Source of the DNA: an uncultured archaeon
GTDB lineage: Archaea; Aenigmatarchaeota; Aenigmatarchaeia; QMZP01
Length of the DNA: 64,000 nucleotides
Direction: 5' to 3'
Assembly: GCA_964498245.1 (NCBI GenBank)
Contig: CAZCGK010000001.1
Coordinates: 36,581-100,580, forward strand
Under the pieces are notes generated by a model. It ran no database searches, was not told where the DNA came from, and was given only the letters and a program-made list of their open reading frames with translations. The position numbers and the translations under genes are program-made. Of the stretch, positions 58,578-64,000 are shown one piece after another (the stretch's first letter is position 1; every line of letters begins with the position of its first letter).

Positions 58578-59960
58578 TTATTTAAATTTAATTTTATAGA
58601 TTAGGATAGCAATTATGATTACGATCAGCAACAGTATTGCTGTAAGTGTTTCTTTTATTTCTTCTGTGAATAATCCTGCTATCGGAAAACTTGATTTATT
58701 GTTGGTCGTGCTACTGCTAATATTCTGTTCGATTGATTCTATGCATTTGCCGTTCGAGCAGCCGTTTTCGCATTCATATATTTTTTTCCACACACCGTTT
58801 TCGCATTTCCACAGGCTCTTGCCTACACATCGTGTAATGCCTGATTCGCATTCCTCTGTGAGGATGCTTTTGAGGCCGCATGCCTGCTTTTCCGGTGGTT
58901 TGTCTTCTGTTGTATTGCAATTGTTAACATCCACACACTTTCTTGTTTGAGAACCGTTAATACACTGGGACCAGGGGGAGCATTCCCATTCAGGAATGCA
59001 TTCTTCTGGTTGACTTACAAAAAATCCTCCACCACCGGAGCTTCCACCACTTGCCGGATTTGATGGTTGTGAGCATTCACCGCAATCCTCCGGGCAGGAA
59101 GAGCAAGTTTCGCCTATTTCTGAGTTGCATATTCCATCCCCGCAGAACAATTCTTCCCCAAACAAACCGTAAGTGGAGAAATGCGTTACTTCAGCCCACA
59201 CATAGTTTTTTTCTGTGTTTATTCCTTGATTTGGAAGCCTCTCCCAACTTCCTGTTGATTCATTGTAATAGTATAGTTCAAGCGAGTTTTCATTGATGCC
59301 TTCGATTTCTTCTTGACTGTAATACACCCTTAATATCGCGTAGTCAACAATTGAATTATCGATTGTGATTTCAAATGTTTTGAGTTGGGATTTGTTTTCT
59401 AAACGAAATGCTGAAATGGGGTCTCCTTTGTATATTGAGATGGTTACGGGCTGGTTTGTCACATCTCTATTGGTTTTTATACTTAAACTTAATTCTGGAG
59501 ATATATCTTTGCTTATGTTTATCCATCCTTCCTCTGAGGTTGCGTTTATATTTAACGAGCTTGTTGGAGATAGCGAGAGGTTTATATTCTTGATATAGTC
59601 TCCCCTTTTGGCAGAACCAACACACACACCGTTTATTAAAAAGTTTACAGGATCTCCTGCAGTACCGCCAGTGATATGAATGGTATAGTAACCATCTTCT
59701 GTTATTACACAGGATACGCCTTCATTCCCTTCTTGAGGGGGTTGGCACTGACATCTCGGATATGAACACTCAAGATATTCACCATTTAGATATACATCGA
59801 TTTTCGTACCGTTAGGTGCAGGTATTCCGGCGATTTCAACAGTGCCGTAAAATGTGTCTGGAAGAAGGGGCTGCGCGGATCCGGCTGCAATAGAGGTGAA
59901 TAAAGTGAGAGAGGATAATATGAGGATTAGGATATGGTTTTGAAACTTTAAGGGGTTCAT
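58578..59960 (-). CDS. Cell-surface protein with Cys-rich repeats and C-terminal TM anchor
   Basis: Signal peptide, THFSTYGL, CGDGIC..GETCSSCPEDCG, C..EWECSPWSQC, TM helix plus basic tail. Confidence 0.8.
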   Translation of the reverse strand: MNPLKFQNHILILILSSLTLFTSIAAGSAQPLLPDTFYGTVEIAGIPAPNGTKIDVYLNGEYLECSYPRCQCQPPQEGNEGVSCVITEDGYYTIHITGGTAGDPVNFLINGVCVGSAKRGDYIKNINLSLSPTSSLNINATSEEGWINISKDISPELSLSIKTNRDVTNQPVTISIYKGDPISAFRLENKSQLKTFEITIDNSIVDYAILRVYYSQEEIEGINENSLELYYYNESTGSWERLPNQGINTEKNYVWAEVTHFSTYGLFGEELFCGDGICNSEIGETCSSCPEDCGECSQPSNPASGGSSGGGGFFVSQPEECIPEWECSPWSQCINGSQTRKCVDVNNCNTTEDKPPEKQACGLKSILTEECESGITRCVGKSLWKCENGVWKKIYECENGCSNGKCIESIEQNISSSTTNNKSSFPIAGLFTEEIKETLTAILLLIVIIIAILIYKIKFK

Positions 59961-59976
59961 GGCACTCTACCTGGTT

Positions 59977-60438
59977 TTACCTATGGAAGATAAATTTAAA
60001 AAGCATTGCTCCGATCACGATGGTTATTACGACCAAAACCCAAAGAAGAGTTAAGTTTTGTTCCTCTTGATCCTGTATTTGAACGGTGATGTCTGCGGTT
60101 TCTATCTCGCCTGGAATGATTTTCACGGATGTGTTTGTTCTGATACCATTAACGAATATATAGGCGGATTTCCCTTCAAGATCCTTTGAAGGAATGCTAA
60201 GCACATATGCTCCTTCTTCTGTAAGATTATATCGAGCCACTTCCTTGTTATCAACATAAGCTGTAACAATCGTGCCCGGTGGAGCTGGTTTATTGTCTAT
60301 ATACACCTTACCCATGAGGGTAAATGGTAAAACAGGTGGTGCTTGGGGCAATAACGGCTGTGCAGAACCGATCACAGCTTCAAGGATAATAAGAAAAAAC
60401 AGGGAAAAAGCAATTGTTCCGATTCTCATTGATATCAC
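59977..60438 (-). CDS. Small cell-surface protein, TM anchored
   Basis: Signal peptide, G.V.ID..PAP.GT domain shared with 58578-59960, C-terminal TM helix. Confidence 0.75.
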   Translation of the reverse strand: MISMRIGTIAFSLFFLIILEAVIGSAQPLLPQAPPVLPFTLMGKVYIDNKPAPPGTIVTAYVDNKEVARYNLTEEGAYVLSIPSKDLEGKSAYIFVNGIRTNTSVKIIPGEIETADITVQIQDQEEQNLTLLWVLVVITIVIGAMLFKFIFHR

Positions 60439-60459
60439 TTACAGCCTTGATGGCTTGGT

Positions 60460-63400
60460 TTATGCTGGTGGAGAGTAGCAGATATTGAGGTAATACAGCT
60501 CTTCGTTACTGTATGTTATCGGAATGTGCAGCCAGTATCCTCTGCCTGGATACATATCTTCTACCGGTAATCCATCTGCATATTGCAGCTCGTAATCCTG
60601 GCTTGCTGGATTATACCAGTATATCACCGATACCTTGTCGAGCAGATCAAAAGGTATGACCGAGGATATATCAGATGGTGAAAGACATGAGTAGCCTATC
60701 AGGTTCCATCCGCCCTTAAGCAGGACTGATGGTATAACCGAAGGTGTGTTCTCATTAACAGCATAGTTCACTCCTATTAACTGATCTGTTTTGGAATACA
60801 CGAAGTATCCATATCCTGGCTCAAGACCCTCTTCAATTACCACCCAGTCTTGGGCTGATGCATCCCAGCCATAGATTGCTGTGATGTTATCATTCTCATA
60901 CATTGCCTGCCATGACTCATCATCTATCGCTTTAGGCACGGATATCTGGTTCCATCCCTGTTTGAGATCGAGGATGAAATCATAGACCTCGATTGCACCA
61001 ACCCGAATTTCATTGTTTTCATTGCCCGCCATGTCGGTGAGATTGATCATCACATAATATGTTCCGTGCGGAACGATATTGCCTTCCTCATCTGTTCCGT
61101 TCCAATCTTTGGTTTGGGGACGTGTTGCAGTACCTGAATCTATTTGCTTCACGAACTCACCGTTGCTGTCAACTATGTAAATCACATAATCAGCTCTTTC
61201 CGAAAATTCAAGGTCAATCTCTGCTCTATTGTACCACACCCACTCCCATCCTTCACCACTCATGGACGGAGCGATCTTGTCGGGTGTTATTGATGCTTGA
61301 GTGACTGTCGGTGGGGTGTTGTCTACTTCTATGCCTGGTTCTTTGTCTGTTCCTGTTAATCCAGCGTCATCAGTTGCTGTGGCTTTTAGTATTACTGCAG
61401 GTGCATTGCCAGGTCCTTGTCCTGTAGAGGTGGTATCCCAATCGAAAGTACCATCAGCGGGAGAGTAGTCTATGCCGATAGTGACCCAAGATTCTCCATC
61501 ATCGGTATCACAATCATCATTTGTATTCAAATCTACACAGTACTCAAAAGTGACAGATTGGGTGTCAGCTGAGGTTTTGTAAGTAATTTGGAATGTTCCA
61601 CTAACAGTTGAATCTGTGGTTGGAGATTGAATTGTGACTGTCGGGTTTACTGTGTCGATGGTTAAATCCGTGACTTCATCCGTTCTTGTTAGTCCGGCGT
61701 CATCAGTTGCTGTGGCTTTTATGATCACATCTGTTAGGTCTAAATCTGTTGTGTCCCAATCGATAGACCATATTCCAGAACTGTAGGATGCAGATCCTAT
61801 GGTGCGCCAATCAGTTCTGTCATAATATTCGAAAACCACTGAAGTGACATCATCATCTCCGGTGGCTTTGAGGGTGTAAGGAGTGCTTGTTATTGTCGCT
61901 CCATCTGAGGGGTCTGTGATCGTGACTGTCGGCGGGGTGTTATCTATCTGTACTGTGACTTCTGTTGGAGCCTCGTTACCAGCATCATCTGTTGCTGTTA
62001 TGGTCACAGTTTGATCATCATCTCCTGTTGTTTCTGAAACTGTTACTTGTGCACCGTAGAGTCCTGGATCTGATTGTCCATCATTATCCCAGTCATAGGT
62101 TGAACCATCATCTTTATACATGGTTATGGAGTTTCCACCTCCTATGCTGGAAGCGTCCAGGATTACACTACTAATATCCACGTCTGGGATTTCTACAGTA
62201 AATGTTAAGGTATCACCATTCTTTGCTTCACTTTGTGATTCTGGGTAGATAATGCTTAGAGCCTGGATGGTGGGTGGTGTGTTGTCAACCGAAACTGCAT
62301 CATCATCTTGTACTGTTACGGAGTTACCCGCATCATCGGTGACTGTTACTGACGCATAGAGTTCTGAGGAATCTATAATATCAATACCATCGCCAGATTG
62401 AGGGACTGTGCAAGTGGCAGTCCATATACCATCATTATCATCATCAGATGCTTGAACTTGGTTACTACATCCGAACGCGGACATATCAACGATAACCGAA
62501 ACTACATCTAGGTTATTGTCCCCATTAGCGGAATTATTCCAAGAAACTGTTATTACATCGTTTGGATTAGCTATTCCATTATCGTTTGCATCCGTGGATA
62601 TTGAAGTTTGGATGTTGGCTTGGGTGACTGTGGGTGGTGTGTTGTCAACCGAAACTGCATCATCATCTTGTACTGTTACGGAGTTACCCGCATCATCGGT
62701 GACTGTTACTGACGCATAGAGTTCTGAGGAATCTATAATATCAATACCATCGCCAGATTGAGGGACTGTGCAAGTGGCAGTCCATATACCATCATTATCA
62801 TCATCAGATGCTTGAACTTGGTTACTACATCCGAACGCGGACATATCAACGATAACCGAAACTACATCTAGGTTATTGTCCCCATTAGCGGAATTATTCC
62901 AAGAAACTGTTATTACATCGTTTGGATTAGCTATTCCATTATCGTTTGCATCCGTGGATATTGAAGTTTGGATGTTGGCTTGGGTGACTGTGGGTTTTGT
63001 TGCATCAACATTTGCTGTGTCTGTATCTGTAACAGAATTACCTGCGTCATCGGTAACAGTCACTGTAAATGTAAATACAGTCGAATCTGCCGTACCTTCC
63101 TCGACAGTGAAGGTGTCGAAATAATAGTTGTTGGTGTTATCCCAACTCAGAGGTTCTGCGGATGATAATCCTATCGCCGATAGGTTGATAGTAACAACTT
63201 CGTTATCATCATGTGAGGCATATACTGTAACAGTTATTTGGTCTTCTATACTGGCTGTTTGACTGTCTGGTTCTATAGAGACGGATGTGATTGTGGGTGG
63301 TGTGTTGTCTATCTGCACTGTGACTTCTGTTGGAGCCTCGTTACCAGCATCATCTGTTGCTGTTATGGTCACAGTTTGATCATCATCTCCTGTTGTTTCT

Positions 63401-63999
63401 GAAACTGTTACTTGTGCACCGTAGAGTCCTGGATCTGATTGTCCATCATTATCCCAGTCATAGGTTGAACCATCATCTTCATACATGGTTGTAGAGCTAT
63501 CACCACCAATATTGGAAGCGTCTAGAATTACTGACTGTACTCCCGCCGTAGCGTCTTGGACGAATGCAAGGATAATAATAATATCTCCATTTTTCGCCTC
63601 ACTTTGTCCCTCAGGATAAATGATACTTACCCAAGAAATTTGAGGTGGTGTATTATCTATTGTGAAATAATCATCAGAAAAATCAAACACAGAATAACCA
63701 TCTTTATCCACAATGTAAATTTTATATTTAGTGCTATCAGGATAGGCTCCTGTAGATGTGTCCCACACATAAGATGTCACACCTGGGGCAATTGCCTTAC
63801 TAATAACATATTGTGTTGAGCTACCGCTACTGTAATCAATAGCATACAACTCAAAGCCATTTGATGAAGTTCCAGTGTAAGTCCAAGTAATGGTCTGTGT
63901 GCCTTTCCAAATCTCTCCACCATTTGGAGAAGTTATTGTTATGGAAGAGGCGGCAAAACCAACATCACCAATCAATCCCATGACAATGAAAAATAACAT
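60460..63999 (-). CDS. Large acidic surface/S-layer-like protein with Ig-like repeats and FlgD-Ig-like domain (true start may lie beyond window)
   Basis: Repeated (V/A)TDDAGN..DNTPP Ig-like units, WNGTDEEGNIVP.GTY, L..GWN C-terminal motifs. Confidence 0.82.
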   Translation of the reverse strand: MLFFIVMGLIGDVGFAASSITITSPNGGEIWKGTQTITWTYTGTSSNGFELYAIDYSSGSSTQYVISKAIAPGVTSYVWDTSTGAYPDSTKYKIYIVDKDGYSVFDFSDDYFTIDNTPPQISWVSIIYPEGQSEAKNGDIIIILAFVQDATAGVQSVILDASNIGGDSSTTMYEDDGSTYDWDNDGQSDPGLYGAQVTVSETTGDDDQTVTITATDDAGNEAPTEVTVQIDNTPPTITSVSIEPDSQTASIEDQITVTVYASHDDNEVVTINLSAIGLSSAEPLSWDNTNNYYFDTFTVEEGTADSTVFTFTVTVTDDAGNSVTDTDTANVDATKPTVTQANIQTSISTDANDNGIANPNDVITVSWNNSANGDNNLDVVSVIVDMSAFGCSNQVQASDDDNDGIWTATCTVPQSGDGIDIIDSSELYASVTVTDDAGNSVTVQDDDAVSVDNTPPTVTQANIQTSISTDANDNGIANPNDVITVSWNNSANGDNNLDVVSVIVDMSAFGCSNQVQASDDDNDGIWTATCTVPQSGDGIDIIDSSELYASVTVTDDAGNSVTVQDDDAVSVDNTPPTIQALSIIYPESQSEAKNGDTLTFTVEIPDVDISSVILDASSIGGGNSITMYKDDGSTYDWDNDGQSDPGLYGAQVTVSETTGDDDQTVTITATDDAGNEAPTEVTVQIDNTPPTVTITDPSDGATITSTPYTLKATGDDDVTSVVFEYYDRTDWRTIGSASYSSGIWSIDWDTTDLDLTDVIIKATATDDAGLTRTDEVTDLTIDTVNPTVTIQSPTTDSTVSGTFQITYKTSADTQSVTFEYCVDLNTNDDCDTDDGESWVTIGIDYSPADGTFDWDTTSTGQGPGNAPAVILKATATDDAGLTGTDKEPGIEVDNTPPTVTQASITPDKIAPSMSGEGWEWVWYNRAEIDLEFSERADYVIYIVDSNGEFVKQIDSGTATRPQTKDWNGTDEEGNIVPHGTYYVMINLTDMAGNENNEIRVGAIEVYDFILDLKQGWNQISVPKAIDDESWQAMYENDNITAIYGWDASAQDWVVIEEGLEPGYGYFVYSKTDQLIGVNYAVNENTPSVIPSVLLKGGWNLIGYSCLSPSDISSVIPFDLLDKVSVIYWYNPASQDYELQYADGLPVEDMYPGRGYWLHIPITYSNEELYYLNICYSPPA
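61952..63479. repeat. Dispersed identical 163-bp repeat (61952-62114 = 63317-63479)
   Basis: Identical block encoding DDGSTYDWDNDGQSDPGLYGAQVTVSETTGDDDQTVTITATDDAGNEAPTEVTV. Confidence 0.9.
62270..62995. repeat. Perfect tandem duplication, 360-bp period (two units)
   Basis: 62270-62635 is identical to 62630-62995 by line-by-line comparison. Confidence 0.95.
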
Positions 64000-64000
64000 A

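Noticed and set aside
58564..58645. ATGATGA box C-like motif
   Set aside because: No properly spaced CTGA box D; runs antisense into a CDS
61952..63479. Repeats as CRISPR array or DGR template/variable pair
   Set aside because: In-frame coding repeats with no spacers, no adenine-specific mismatches, and no cas or reverse transcriptase gene in the window

Overview
Archaeal chromosomal window. The gene set (TFB, Rpo4, L21e, S15, Pus10, thermosome, Dph2), dense packing, form III RuBisCO, tRNA-Ile(UAU) and many pilin-like genes suggest a DPANN lineage, possibly Aenigmarchaeota-like; this placement is inference. The window holds housekeeping genes, two type IV pilus-related loci (about 1-8.6 kb and 43-48.5 kb) plus an orphan platform gene, and a block of large surface proteins (53-64 kb). 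Items found by reading the sequence and absent from the ORF track: (1) a >1000-aa Cys-rich modular secreted protein running off the left edge; (2) a tRNA-Ile(UAU) with two BHB-type introns, one of them 133 nt and structured; (3) a box C/D sRNA whose D guide fits 16S C1402; (4) a 28-aa hyper-acidic micropeptide gene with its own promoter, RBS and terminator; (5) a perfect 22-bp inverted repeat flanking the TATA box of an AAA+ gene; (6) a decayed MNT-HEPN toxin-antitoxin pair. The most unusual coding content is an apparently intact GGDEF diguanylate cyclase in an archaeon, co-occurring with RimK, a RimB-like protease and a degenerate RimK paralogue. No CRISPR array, rRNA gene, transposase, integrase or reverse transcriptase was seen.
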